Source: Kofleriaceae bacterium
Lineage (GTDB): Bacteria; Myxococcota_A; Polyangia; Haliangiales; Haliangiaceae
Direction of reading: 5' to 3'
NCBI GenBank assembly: GCA_046597055.1
Contig: JBKJLC010000237.1
Coordinates: 64,001 to 128,000, forward strand
Length of the DNA: 64,000 bases
Each line of letters starts with the position of its first letter. Position 1 is the first letter of the stretch. Shown here piece by piece: positions 25,317 through 37,491 of the stretch. A model generated the notes under the pieces. It worked only from the letters and a program-made list of their open reading frames with translations, searched no databases and was not told the DNA's origin. The position numbers and the translations under genes are program-made.

Positions 25317-25343
25317 CGCGTGGTACGAATGCCACCTCCCGCC

Positions 25344-26696
25344 ATGGCACGCAAGCACGAGCCTCTGGTCGTCCGCGCCGAACGGCTCGACGACGCCGGC
25401 GCCGGCGTCGGCACCGCCGGCGACCGGACGATCCACGTCACCGACCTGCTGCCCGGCGAGGCGGCCGAGGTTCACCTCGAGCACCAGAGCCCGCACCGGC
25501 CCGAAGCCTGGGCCCGCGCCGTGCGCCGGCTGGGCCCGGCGTCCGCCGATCGGACCGAGCCCGCGTGCCCCGGCTGGGGCCACTGCGGCGGCTGCGCCTG
25601 GCAGCACCTCGCCTACCCGGCCCAGCTGCAGATCAAGCAGGGGCGCGTGGCGGCCGCGCTGGCCAGCTGCTTGCCGCCGGGCGTCGCGGTCGCCCCGGTG
25701 GTGCCGTCGCCGCAGCGCCTGGGCTACCGCGCCAAGGGCAAGTACGTGGTCGCCGATCGCCGGGGCACGCTGGTGCTCGGCGCGTGGGCGCCGCGCTCGC
25801 ACGTGCTGGTCGACACCGCGCGCTGTCAGGTGGTCGCGCCGCTGATCGACGAGCTGCGCGGCCGCGCGCGCGAGGCCTGCGCCAGCGCCGGCCTGGTTGC
25901 CTACGACGAGCGGACCCGCGCCGGCGTGCTGCGCTACGTGATCATCCGGGCCGGCCAGGACGATCGCGCGCTGGTCGTGCTGGTGGTCCGCTCGGCGGCC
26001 GACGCCGCCCAGGTCACCGCCGCGGCGCACGCGATCGCGCTCGATCCGCGGGTCGCCGGGGTGGTCCGGCTCGACAACGATCGCGACGACGGCGCCATCG
26101 TCGACGGCGACGGTCACGCGCTGATCGGCGCCGATCACGTGCTCGGCCAGGTCGCCGGGGTCGAGGTCGCGCTGGGCGCCGGCGAGTTCGCCCAGGTCAA
26201 CCCGGCCCAGGCCGACGTCATGTACGCCCGGGTGGCGGCGCTCGCCGGCGTCGGGCCTGGCGATCGCGCGGTCGACGTCTACGCCGGCCTGGGCGGCATC
26301 TCGTTCGCGCTGGCCCGCACCGGCGCCGACGTGATCGCGATCGAGCACGACGCCAGCGCGGTCGCGGCCCTGGCCGCCGCCGCCACCCGCGCCGGGCTCG
26401 GCGATCGCATCGACGCCCGCACCGGCGACGCGGCCACCCTCAGCGCGGTCGTCGGACCGGTCGCGGTGGTGGTCGTCAACCCGCCGCGACGCGGCCTGAC
26501 CCCGGCCGCCTGCGCCGCGGTCGCCGCCAGCCCGGCCGGCCGCCTCATCTATGTCAGCTGCGGCCCCGACTCGCTCGCGCGCGACCTGACCGCCCTGGCC
26601 GCCGCCGGCTGGACGGTCGAGACCGTGGAGCCGTTCGATCTGATGCCGGGGACCAGCCAGGTCGAGACCGTGGTGCGCGCGGTGCGGCGCGGGTAG
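25344..26696 (+). CDS. rlmD: 23S rRNA m5U methyltransferase, RlmD/TrmA family (paralog 1)
   Basis: Fe-S motif CPGWGHCGGC, FAQVN, DVYAGLG, NPPR and catalytic YVSC. Confidence 0.88.
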   Translation: MARKHEPLVVRAERLDDAGAGVGTAGDRTIHVTDLLPGEAAEVHLEHQSPHRPEAWARAVRRLGPASADRTEPACPGWGHCGGCAWQHLAYPAQLQIKQGRVAAALASCLPPGVAVAPVVPSPQRLGYRAKGKYVVADRRGTLVLGAWAPRSHVLVDTARCQVVAPLIDELRGRAREACASAGLVAYDERTRAGVLRYVIIRAGQDDRALVVLVVRSAADAAQVTAAAHAIALDPRVAGVVRLDNDRDDGAIVDGDGHALIGADHVLGQVAGVEVALGAGEFAQVNPAQADVMYARVAALAGVGPGDRAVDVYAGLGGISFALARTGADVIAIEHDASAVAALAAAATRAGLGDRIDARTGDAATLSAVVGPVAVVVVNPPRRGLTPAACAAVAASPAGRLIYVSCGPDSLARDLTALAAAGWTVETVEPFDLMPGTSQVETVVRAVRRG

Positions 26697-26769
26697 CGGG
26701 GCCATGCCGATGCCCGAGGGCCCGGGTGAAAAACTGGCCCCGGCCGCGATCGATCCCTAGCCTCGACCG

Positions 26770-27612
26770 GTGCGCCCGAAGCTCGCCGCCGCCCTGCTCG
26801 GCTCGCTCGCGGCCGCGCTGGGCTGTGGGCCGCGCGGGCTGCTGACGTCGTCGCCGATCGTCGGGCACGCGCGGCTGGGCGATCTGGAGCTGGCCTCGGC
26901 CGAGCCAGATCGCGGCCCCGAGGAGACCGAACCACCGGCACGCACCCACGCGCCCGCGGCGGCGTCGGTGGTGCTGCCGCCTGCGCTCACGACCCCGGCG
27001 GCCGCGCTCCACGTCGACGCGGCGGTGCTGATCGATGGGGCCCCGGCCGCGCCCGGCGCGTCCGAGCCCGGCTCGATCGTGATCTCGCGGCTGCCGGCCC
27101 CGCACCGCACGGTCCCGGTCGCACCCGGCGAACCAGCGGCGCCGCTGACCGTCGCTGGGGCCCGCGCGCTGGTCGGCCGCCGCGATCCGCGCGCGCCGTT
27201 CGAGCTCGCGCTCGCGGTCGCCACCGCGCTGACCAGAGCGCCCGCCCCGCGCGCGACCGACGGCCCCGCGCTGGTCGCGTGGGCCGAGGCGAGCGGCACG
27301 TGGGCCGCGCTGCCGGCCGCCTCGCTCGAGCCGGGCGACCTGGTCGTCCTGGATCGTGCGGTCGACGACGCGCCGGCCTCGCTGGTGGCGGTCGTGCTCG
27401 CCACCGACCTCCGCGGCGTCACCGAGCTGCTCTACCTCGGGCGCGGCGTGATCCGCCGCGGCTTCCTCGATCCCGCGCGCTCGGCGCTGGCTCGCGACGC
27501 CGACGGCAGGGTCGTGAACAGCTTCGTCCGGCACGGCGCCGCCTATCCGCCCGCGGGCACCCGCTATCTCGCCGGCGAGCTGGCGATCGGCCGGGTCCGC
27601 CCCCCGCGGTAG
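26770..27612 (+). CDS. Hypothetical lipoprotein; C-terminus resembles a degenerate NlpC/P60-CHAP domain
   Basis: Lipobox ALGC; Pro/Ala linker; PGDLVVLD...RVVNSFVR...YLAGEL. Confidence 0.6.
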   Translation: MRPKLAAALLGSLAAALGCGPRGLLTSSPIVGHARLGDLELASAEPDRGPEETEPPARTHAPAAASVVLPPALTTPAAALHVDAAVLIDGAPAAPGASEPGSIVISRLPAPHRTVPVAPGEPAAPLTVAGARALVGRRDPRAPFELALAVATALTRAPAPRATDGPALVAWAEASGTWAALPAASLEPGDLVVLDRAVDDAPASLVAVVLATDLRGVTELLYLGRGVIRRGFLDPARSALARDADGRVVNSFVRHGAAYPPAGTRYLAGELAIGRVRPPR

Positions 27613-27664
27613 CTCGGCGATCCACGCTGCACCGCCATCCGGGCGCCTCGGCCGCGATCATCGT

Positions 27665-27693
27665 TCGACTTATCCATTCGCGGGCCCTAAGCT
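27665..27693 (+). promoter_or_regulatory. Putative sigma70 promoter of the tRNA gene
   Basis: TCGACT-N17-TAAGCT ending 8 nt before the tRNA. Confidence 0.5.
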
Positions 27694-27701
27694 GCGCCGC
27701 C

Positions 27702-27784
27702 GCCCGGATGGTGGAATGGTAGACACGCACCCCTTAAAAGGGTGTGAGAGCAATCTCGTGCCGGTTCGAGTCCGGTTCCGGGTA
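27702..27784 (+). tRNA. tRNA-Leu(UAA), long variable arm, CCA not encoded
   Basis: Acceptor GCCCGGA/TCCGGGT; D-loop with TGGTAGA; anticodon arm CACCC-CTTAAAA-GGGTG; variable arm GAGA-GCAA-TCTC; T-loop GTTCGAGTC. Confidence 0.95.
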
Positions 27785-27824
27785 CTCCTTTGCGGCGCGG
27801 CTCCGACGCGGTAAAGAACGGGGG

Positions 27825-28799
<975 letters not shown>

Positions 28800-28820
28800 T
28801 CGACGACCAGGTGGCCCTGG

Positions 28821-30262
<1,442 letters not shown>

Positions 30263-30266
<4 letters not shown>

Positions 30267-31195
30267 GGGACGATGCTATCACGCTCGCGGCGCGCCACCG
30301 ACCCCGCGACCCGTGCACCTGGTGGGACGCTGGAGGTGACGAAGGCGTTGCCGCCGATCACCGCGCCCTTGCCGATGACGGTATCGCCGCCCAGGATGGT
30401 GGCCCCGGCGTAGATGACGACGTCGTCCTCGATGGTCGGGTGCCGCCTCGAGCCGGGGGCCGGCCGCTCCTCGGTGCGTGGCACGCTGAGCGCCCCCAGG
30501 GTCACCCCCTGGTAGATACGGACCCGGTCGCCGATCACCGAGGTCTCGCCGATCACGACCCCGGTGCCGTGGTCGATGAAGAACGAGCGGCCGATCTGGG
30601 CGCCCGGGTGGATGTCGATCCCGGTGCGCTGGTGGGCGAGCTCGGTCATCATCCGGGGCACGATCACCGCGCCCTCGTGGAGCAGCGCGTTGGCGATCCG
30701 CCACACCGTGGTCGCGTACAGCCCGGGATAGCAGACGATGATCTCGTCGGCCCCGGTCGCGGCCGGGTCGCCCTCGAAGGCGGCCTGGATGTCGGTCGCG
30801 AGCGCCTCGCGCAACGACGGCAGCCGGGTCAGGAACCGGGCCACGACCTGCTCGCCGCGGGTCGCGCAGTCGGGGCAGTCGGGGTCGCTGGTGGTGTTGG
30901 TGATCTGGATACGATGGTTGAACGCCCGGTAGACCTCGCGGCGCAGGCTGTTGCGCAGCTCGTCGATCCGCTCGCGGACCAGGTCGCGCAGCTCGGTCGG
31001 CGTCAGCCGGGTCGCGTTGGTGCCAGCGAAGCCAGGAAACAGGAGCGCGCGGCACTGGTCGACGACCCGGGCGACCTGCTGCTCCGACGGCAGCTCGTAG
31101 CCGCCGAGGTGCTGCATGCCGGCGTGACAGGCCTGATAGCTCGTCAGCAACTGGGTCGCGACGTCGTCAGTCACGTTGCCGGAGCGAGCACTCAT
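30263..31195 (-). CDS. cysE: Serine O-acetyltransferase (EpsC-type)
   Basis: GDPAA, CYPG, GIDIHPGA, FIDHGTGVVIGET and RHPTIED hexapeptide region. Confidence 0.92.
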
Positions 31196-31305
31196 GGCCC
31201 AGGTTGTAGCGCGAGGCGCCCGCGCCGCCTATGGTTTCGCGGTCACCCGCCGGGGGCCCGATCTCTGCCACCGGCGCGGGCACCTGCCCACTCGGCCGGT
31301 GACCC

Positions 31306-32229
31306 TCACTCGGCGAGGTCGCCGGGCGCGAGCACGGCCGGCACCGGCGCCGGCGCTTCGTTGATCACCCGCAGCGCCTCGACGAACCGGCTGTCGGGCA
31401 CGGTGACCCGGGTCGGCATGCCGCCCCCCAGCTCGAGCAGGCGCACGAAGTCCCAGCCCGAGCCGAACGCCGCGGCGATCGTGACCATGCCCGAGTCCTT
31501 CACCATCGACACCGGCGCGCGGGCCTGGCCCGCGAGCAAGAGGTCGGTCTTGTCGTAGGGCAAGCTGCTGCCGGCGGTGTCGACCCACGCGACCCGCCCG
31601 CGGATGACGTAGCGGGCGTCGAGCGCGGCGGTGCCAGCCGCGCGCACCTCGAACTCGCGCGCGGCCTCCTCGATCACGTCGGCGTGAGCCCCCGACTTCA
31701 TGCCGCCGGCCAGCCACCACACCACCGCCCGCTTGAGCTGGTCGTCGCGGAACTTGGCGCGCAGCGCGTGGTCGATCCGGATCGCGATCGGGCCCGGCTC
31801 GCCGATGCGGGTGTCGACCGCGCGCGCGTCGTCGTCGGCGCCGCGATACGGCTCGACCCCGGCCAGCACCCACTTGGCCGCCGAGTACAGCCCGTCGAGA
31901 TCGACGTGGCTGACGATCGTCTCGATCGGGCCGACCCGGCGCACCAGCTCGGGCGTCACCATCTCGGGACACGCGCCGTGCTGCGCCTTGGTCGCGAGCA
32001 CGAACCGCGGGTCGCGGGCGTAGTCGACATGGCGGTCGTGATCGTGGTGATCGACCCATGCCGCCAGCCGATCGCCGAGCCCGTCGATGAACGGCCGGGT
32101 GGTGAGATCGAAGGACACCGACGACCCGATGGTGGAGGCGAAGCCGATGTCGAGCACGACCACCCGCCCGGGCACCTTCTCGGCGCGCGGCAAGAGGCGC
32201 GGTGACGCGAAGGCCAGGTTGATCGCCAT
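31306..32229 (-). CDS. DHH-superfamily phosphoesterase-like protein with permuted motif order
   Basis: VVVLD, WVDHH, SHVDLDG, AVD and a C-terminal LGGGM. Confidence 0.65.
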   Translation of the reverse strand: MAINLAFASPRLLPRAEKVPGRVVVLDIGFASTIGSSVSFDLTTRPFIDGLGDRLAAWVDHHDHDRHVDYARDPRFVLATKAQHGACPEMVTPELVRRVGPIETIVSHVDLDGLYSAAKWVLAGVEPYRGADDDARAVDTRIGEPGPIAIRIDHALRAKFRDDQLKRAVVWWLAGGMKSGAHADVIEEAAREFEVRAAGTAALDARYVIRGRVAWVDTAGSSLPYDKTDLLLAGQARAPVSMVKDSGMVTIAAAFGSGWDFVRLLELGGGMPTRVTVPDSRFVEALRVINEAPAPVPAVLAPGDLAE

Positions 32230-32271
32230 CGGCGGCACGCTAGCACGCCCCTCGCCGCGGCCGCCGGGGCG

Positions 32272-35013
32272 CTACCGCGTCGCGCCCGGGCAGTGCATCA
32301 GCGCCGACCAGCCCTCGTGCAGGTAGACCTCGCGGTTGGTCCCGCGATCGCCGCAGGTCGACGACGACGGCTGCGGCAACAGACACAGCGTGCGCTTGCC
32401 GACCCGGGCCTGCAGCGCGGTCCGCTCGTGGGCGGCGACCTCGCCGAGCCAGGCGCCGTCGACGTGGACCGCGACCGGCTCCGGGCACTCGCGGTTGTCG
32501 AGGTAGAAGGTCGCGACCGCCGGCTCGATCGGCGGCCGGCGCACGAAGGTCCCGGTCGGCTTGCGCGCGGCGTCGCCGGCGGCCCGGTACAGCTCGGGCG
32601 TCGCCGCGGCCGCCGCCAGCAGCTCCTCGCGGCAGTTGCGCACCGCCAGCTCGCGGCCGAGCTGCACCTTGAGCGACGCGCGCATCTCGCGGACGTCGGC
32701 CTGGGCCAGCCGGTAGCCGCGGCGGACGTCGACCACGCGCTGCCGCCAGGCCGGGCCCAGAGCGGCGGTCTCCCCGTAGTCGTCGTAGGTGGCGACCACG
32801 CGGTAGGCGTCCTCGAGATCGACCCCGGCGCGGAGGAACCCGGCGTAGGCCTTGCGCGCCTGGTCCCAGCGCGGCGCGACCGCCAGCAGCGGACACACCT
32901 TGGTGCGTGGCACCAGCCGCGCCGCCTTGGGATCCTTGCCGGGCCCCTCGCCCATCACCAGCAGCGCGGCGGTCACCTCGTTCTGGAGCTGGACGCGGAA
33001 GGTCGTCATCCGGGTCTCGGTCGCGGTGAACCGCTCGATCGCGGCCCGGAACGCGTCGCGATCGCCGAACGGCAGCTCGAGCCGCGGCTTGCCCTCGTGA
33101 CGCAGGTCGGTGCCGGCGCGCGCGAGCACGCCCAGGTTCCAGCGGGCGTCGTCGTGGCGCGGATCGCGGCGCAGCGCGAGCGCGAACGCCTCGCGGGCAC
33201 CGGCGCGGTCGCCGGACCGGACCAGCACCACGCCGCGCAGGTAGGCCGCGCCGGCGTCGGTCGGCGCCAGCCCGTCGAGCACCTCGAGCTGCGACAGCGC
33301 CAGCGCGGTCATGCCCTTGGCCGACGCGACCAGCGCGAGGTCGTAGCGCGCCACCGCGCTGCGCGGCCGCTTGCGGGCGGCGTTGCGCCAGTACCACAGC
33401 GCCTCGTCGGACTTGCCGGCGAGGAACGCGCAGGTTCCGATCATCACGTAGGTCTGGCCCAGCCACTTCTCGAACTTCTGGGCGCGGACGAAGGCGCGCC
33501 GCGCCTCCTCGAGCTGGCCGGCGTCGAGGTGGGTCGCGCCGATCAGGAACAGCGGCCGCGGGTCGGTGGCGTCGAGCGTCGCCACCTTGCCGTACCAGCG
33601 CACCGCCGCCGCGGTGTCGCCGCGCCGCCGGTACAGATCGGCCACCCGCTTCTGCGCGGTCGCGTCGGCCGGCCGCGCGGCCGCGACCCGCTCGAACGCG
33701 GCGCTCGCCTCGGCGAGCCGGTCCAGCTCGGCGTAGGCCGCGCCGAGATCGACCACCGCGTCGAGCTCGCCGGGCACCAGCCGGGTCACCGCCTCGAGCT
33801 CGCGGGCGAGCAGCGCGGTGTCGCCGCGGGCGCCGTGGATCAGCGCGCGCAGCCGGCGCGCGCCGAGGTCGTCGGGGCGGCGGCCGACCACCCGGTCCAG
33901 CTCGCGCAGCGCGCCCTCGCCGTCGCCGGTCTGCCAGCGCGCCTCGCCCACGCCGACCCGAGCGTCGAGGTCCCAGGGCCGGGCCCGGACCAGCCGGTCA
34001 TATAGCTCGAGCGCGATATCGCCCTTGCCGCTCTGGCGCGCGCGCTCGGCGGCGGCGCGCAGGGCCGGCGCGTAGCCGGGCACCAGGTCGACCGCGTAGT
34101 TGAACTTGCCGGCGGCGCGGTTGGCGATCTTGGGATCGGGGTCACGCGCCCACAGCTCGCCGACCAGGCGCTGGCCCTCGACCATGAACGGGTCGATGAA
34201 GATCGACCGGGTCAGGTCCTTGGCCGCGCCCTTGAGATCGACCGCCCCGAACGAGCCGAGCCACTTGCCGAGGCCACGCCCGAGCAGCGTGAAGCCGTAC
34301 AGGTCCTTGCTCGGCGCCCGCGCCAGCAGCGCGGCGCCGCCTTCGGGCACGGTCCAGCCCGCCGTGGTTGCCATCGCGACCAGCGCGGCCCCGACCAGCG
34401 CGTGGGCGTCCGGCATCGGACCGGTCACGTCGTGCTCGGCGGCGATCGCGACCGCGCCGGTCGTCGGGTCGCGCCGCCACAGCGTGGTGTGCAGGCGCAG
34501 CATCCAGCTGGGCCGCGCCACCCAGCCGGTCACGATCCAGCGCGCGTCGCGGGCCTTGGCCAGCGCGCCGACCGCGTCGGGGGTGGCGGGTAGCACCAGG
34601 CCCTCGGGCACCACCAGCGGCCCGAACGTCGGCACCAGGCCGAACACCCGCTCGATCTTCTCGCCGATCGAGAACGGCACGCCCGCGATCGCCCAGTCGA
34701 GCGCGCGGACCCCGGCCCGGTTCTCGAAGCCGAGGACGGCGAACCGATCGGGCGCGCGCGCCGGCACGTCGGGCAAGGCGGCGCCGCCGCCGATCACGAC
34801 CACGCGCGGCGGCGCGGTCTGCGCTTTCGGATCGATCGGCCCGGCCACCGGTTCGTCGAGCGGCGCCGGCTCGGCGCCCTGGCCGTGGCCGTCGCGGATG
34901 CCGGCCCCGGCGCCGACCACGACCACCAGCGTCGCCAGCACGGTCGCCAGCCGGCGGGCCCGCGGGAACGACGGGCCCCGCATGCGGTTGCTCGGCCGGG
35001 GCGATGGAGCCAT
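32272..35013 (-). CDS. Large exported TPR protein with an N-terminal TolB-N/CsgG-like domain; start 35013 or 34983
   Basis: Signal-like hydrophobic stretch; RFAVLGFEN...ARWIVTGW; about ten TPR-like units; coiled region and Cys-containing beta tail. Confidence 0.78.
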   Translation of the reverse strand: MAPSPRPSNRMRGPSFPRARRLATVLATLVVVVGAGAGIRDGHGQGAEPAPLDEPVAGPIDPKAQTAPPRVVVIGGGAALPDVPARAPDRFAVLGFENRAGVRALDWAIAGVPFSIGEKIERVFGLVPTFGPLVVPEGLVLPATPDAVGALAKARDARWIVTGWVARPSWMLRLHTTLWRRDPTTGAVAIAAEHDVTGPMPDAHALVGAALVAMATTAGWTVPEGGAALLARAPSKDLYGFTLLGRGLGKWLGSFGAVDLKGAAKDLTRSIFIDPFMVEGQRLVGELWARDPDPKIANRAAGKFNYAVDLVPGYAPALRAAAERARQSGKGDIALELYDRLVRARPWDLDARVGVGEARWQTGDGEGALRELDRVVGRRPDDLGARRLRALIHGARGDTALLARELEAVTRLVPGELDAVVDLGAAYAELDRLAEASAAFERVAAARPADATAQKRVADLYRRRGDTAAAVRWYGKVATLDATDPRPLFLIGATHLDAGQLEEARRAFVRAQKFEKWLGQTYVMIGTCAFLAGKSDEALWYWRNAARKRPRSAVARYDLALVASAKGMTALALSQLEVLDGLAPTDAGAAYLRGVVLVRSGDRAGAREAFALALRRDPRHDDARWNLGVLARAGTDLRHEGKPRLELPFGDRDAFRAAIERFTATETRMTTFRVQLQNEVTAALLVMGEGPGKDPKAARLVPRTKVCPLLAVAPRWDQARKAYAGFLRAGVDLEDAYRVVATYDDYGETAALGPAWRQRVVDVRRGYRLAQADVREMRASLKVQLGRELAVRNCREELLAAAAATPELYRAAGDAARKPTGTFVRRPPIEPAVATFYLDNRECPEPVAVHVDGAWLGEVAAHERTALQARVGKRTLCLLPQPSSSTCGDRGTNREVYLHEGWSALMHCPGATR

Positions 35014-35027
35014 CCTGGGTTCCTAGT

Positions 35028-37427
35028 TTGCGCTCCGATCCCGCCGACGCCAAGCCCGAGGTCCCGCCCCGTCTGCGGCGGCAGCGACGGATCCGGCTGT
35101 TTTCGGTGCTGCGGCTGGCCGCGCTGCTGTTCGTGTACCTCGGGTCGGGGGGCGCCGCGTTCGCCTACCTCGCGGTCATGACCGCGAACGACTCGCTGCC
35201 CGCCGATCTCACCAGCGCGTTCGACTACCGCCCCAACCGCAAGAGCCTGGTCATCTCCGCCGACGGCGAGGAGGTCGGCGCCTTCTTCGTCGAGAACCGC
35301 CAGGTGGTGTCGCTCGATCGCATGCCGCCGCACGTGCCGGCCGCCTTCATCTCGTCCGAGGACAGCCGGTTCTGGGATCACCCCGGCTTCGACGCGGTCG
35401 GCATCGTCCGCGCCGCCTGGAAGAACTTCACGGTCGGCAAGACCAAGGAGGGCGCGTCGACGATCACGCAGCAGGTGATCAAGCTGCTCATGCTCGGCAA
35501 CGAGAAGACCTACGAGCGCAAGCTGAAGGAGGTGGTGCTGGCGGTCCGCATCGAGCGCGAGCTGTCCAAGCCCGAGATCCTCGCGATCTATCTCAACCAC
35601 ATCTTCCTCGGCAACAACGCGCACGGGGTCCAGGCCGCCGCCGAGGTCTACTTCGGCAAGAACGTCGAGAACCTGACCATCGCCGAGTCCGCCATGCTCG
35701 CCGGCATCGTGCCGGGGCCGAGCATCTACGCGCCCCACCGCAACTTCCGCTTCGCCCGGCGCGAGCAGCTCCGCGTGCTCGGCCGCATGCGCGAGGAGGG
35801 CTACATCAGCGACACCGAGCTGGCCCAGGCGATCGACGAGCCGATCGCCATCCTCGGCGACCAGCCGCTCAACCACCTGGCCGCGCCCTACTTCGTCGAG
35901 CGGATCCGGCAGATCGCGCAGACCCAGCTCGGCTTCGAGAAGGTCTTCCACGGCGGCCTCCGCTTCTACGCCACCCTCGACACCCGCATGCAGGCGGCCG
36001 CCGAGGCGGCGCTGCGGCGTGGCCTCGAGACCCTCGACCGCCGGCTCGGGTTCCGCGGCCCGGTCGGCCGCATCCCGCGCGCCGACCGCGACGCCTGGGC
36101 CCAAGGCCAGGCCCACCCGTATCGGCCCGGCGTGGTCCTGGCCGCGGCGCCCACCACCGAGCGCATCCAGCCCGAGACCACCTACGCGGGCCTGGTCGTC
36201 GAGCTGCCCAAGAAGGGCGGCGTCACCGTCGATCTGGGGCCGATCACCCGGCGCCTGGTCGACAAGGACGCGGTCGACGTCCGGGCCTGGAAGGGCGAAC
36301 AAGGCGAGGTGATCGCGGTCGGCGACCTGGTCCCCGTCCGCGTCGACGCCGCCGGCGAGACGGTGACGCTGGCCCAGCCGCCCGCCCTGCAGGGCGCGCT
36401 GGTCGCGATCGAGCCGTCGACCGGCCGGGTCCGCGCGCTGGTCGGCGGCTACGACTGGATGGGCAGCCAGTTCGACCGCGCCTCGCAGGCCAAACGGCAG
36501 GTCGGCTCCGCGATCAAGCCCTTCATCTACGGCGCCGCGATCGCGGCCGGCCATACCCCGGTCGATCAGATGTACGACGGCCCGGTCTACGTCCCGACCG
36601 CGGTCGGCATCTGGTCGCCGTCCAACTACGACGGCAAGTACACCGGCCGGGTCACTCTGCGCACCGCGATCGCCAAGAGCCTCAACACGATCTCGGTGCA
36701 GCTCACGGTCGACGTCGGCCTCGACCGGGTCATCGAGGTGCTGCGCGGGTTCGGGATCACCTCGCCCATCCCGCGCCACATCTCGGTCTCGCTCGGCACC
36801 CCGGATCTCACGCTGCTCGAGCTGTCGACCGCCTACGCCGGCATCGCCAACGGCGGCCGCAAGGTCGAGGCGCGCTTCTTCGACCTCGTCGCCGACGGCG
36901 CCGGCCAGGTCCTGGTCGATCAGCGCACGCCGCCGCCGGGCGCGCAGGTGCTGTCGCCTGCGGTCGCCTACGTGCTGACCGACATGATGAAGGGCGTGGT
37001 GACCCGCGGCACCGCGCGCCGCGCGGTCGAGCTGGGCCGGCCCGCCGCCGGCAAGACCGGCACCTCGGCCAACTACAAGGACGTGTGGTTCATCGGCTTC
37101 ACGCCAGACCTGCTGTGCGGCGTCTGGATCGGCCGCGACGACTCGACGCCGATCGGCGACAAGATCACCGGCGGTGGCGCCGCGGTGCCGATCTGGCTCG
37201 AGTTCATGAAGGCCGCGCTGCCGCCGGGCCCGGGTCGCGACTTCCCGGTGCCGCCCGGGATCACGTTCGCGCGCATCGAGGAGTGGGGCGGCCAGCCGTG
37301 GGGGCCGTCGCCCGATGCAGCGTGGATCCCGTTCGTGCGTGGCACGATGCCGGCGCGGTTCGCCGCCGGCGGCCCGCTGCCGCGCTTCGAGGACCTGGTC
37401 CCACCGCCGCCGATGCCGCCCCCATGA
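35028..37427 (+). CDS. mrcA: Class A penicillin-binding protein 1A; start uncertain (35004 or 35028)
   Basis: TM; glycosyltransferase EDSRF, GASTITQQ, RKLKE; transpeptidase SAIK, SLN, KTG; OB-like insertion. Confidence 0.93.
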   Translation: MRSDPADAKPEVPPRLRRQRRIRLFSVLRLAALLFVYLGSGGAAFAYLAVMTANDSLPADLTSAFDYRPNRKSLVISADGEEVGAFFVENRQVVSLDRMPPHVPAAFISSEDSRFWDHPGFDAVGIVRAAWKNFTVGKTKEGASTITQQVIKLLMLGNEKTYERKLKEVVLAVRIERELSKPEILAIYLNHIFLGNNAHGVQAAAEVYFGKNVENLTIAESAMLAGIVPGPSIYAPHRNFRFARREQLRVLGRMREEGYISDTELAQAIDEPIAILGDQPLNHLAAPYFVERIRQIAQTQLGFEKVFHGGLRFYATLDTRMQAAAEAALRRGLETLDRRLGFRGPVGRIPRADRDAWAQGQAHPYRPGVVLAAAPTTERIQPETTYAGLVVELPKKGGVTVDLGPITRRLVDKDAVDVRAWKGEQGEVIAVGDLVPVRVDAAGETVTLAQPPALQGALVAIEPSTGRVRALVGGYDWMGSQFDRASQAKRQVGSAIKPFIYGAAIAAGHTPVDQMYDGPVYVPTAVGIWSPSNYDGKYTGRVTLRTAIAKSLNTISVQLTVDVGLDRVIEVLRGFGITSPIPRHISVSLGTPDLTLLELSTAYAGIANGGRKVEARFFDLVADGAGQVLVDQRTPPPGAQVLSPAVAYVLTDMMKGVVTRGTARRAVELGRPAAGKTGTSANYKDVWFIGFTPDLLCGVWIGRDDSTPIGDKITGGGAAVPIWLEFMKAALPPGPGRDFPVPPGITFARIEEWGGQPWGPSPDAAWIPFVRGTMPARFAAGGPLPRFEDLVPPPPMPPP

Positions 37428-37491
37428 CGTTCACACCCGCACGCGCCCGGTGCGCTCGGCACCGGACGAGGTCATGCTACCGTCTGCGGCG

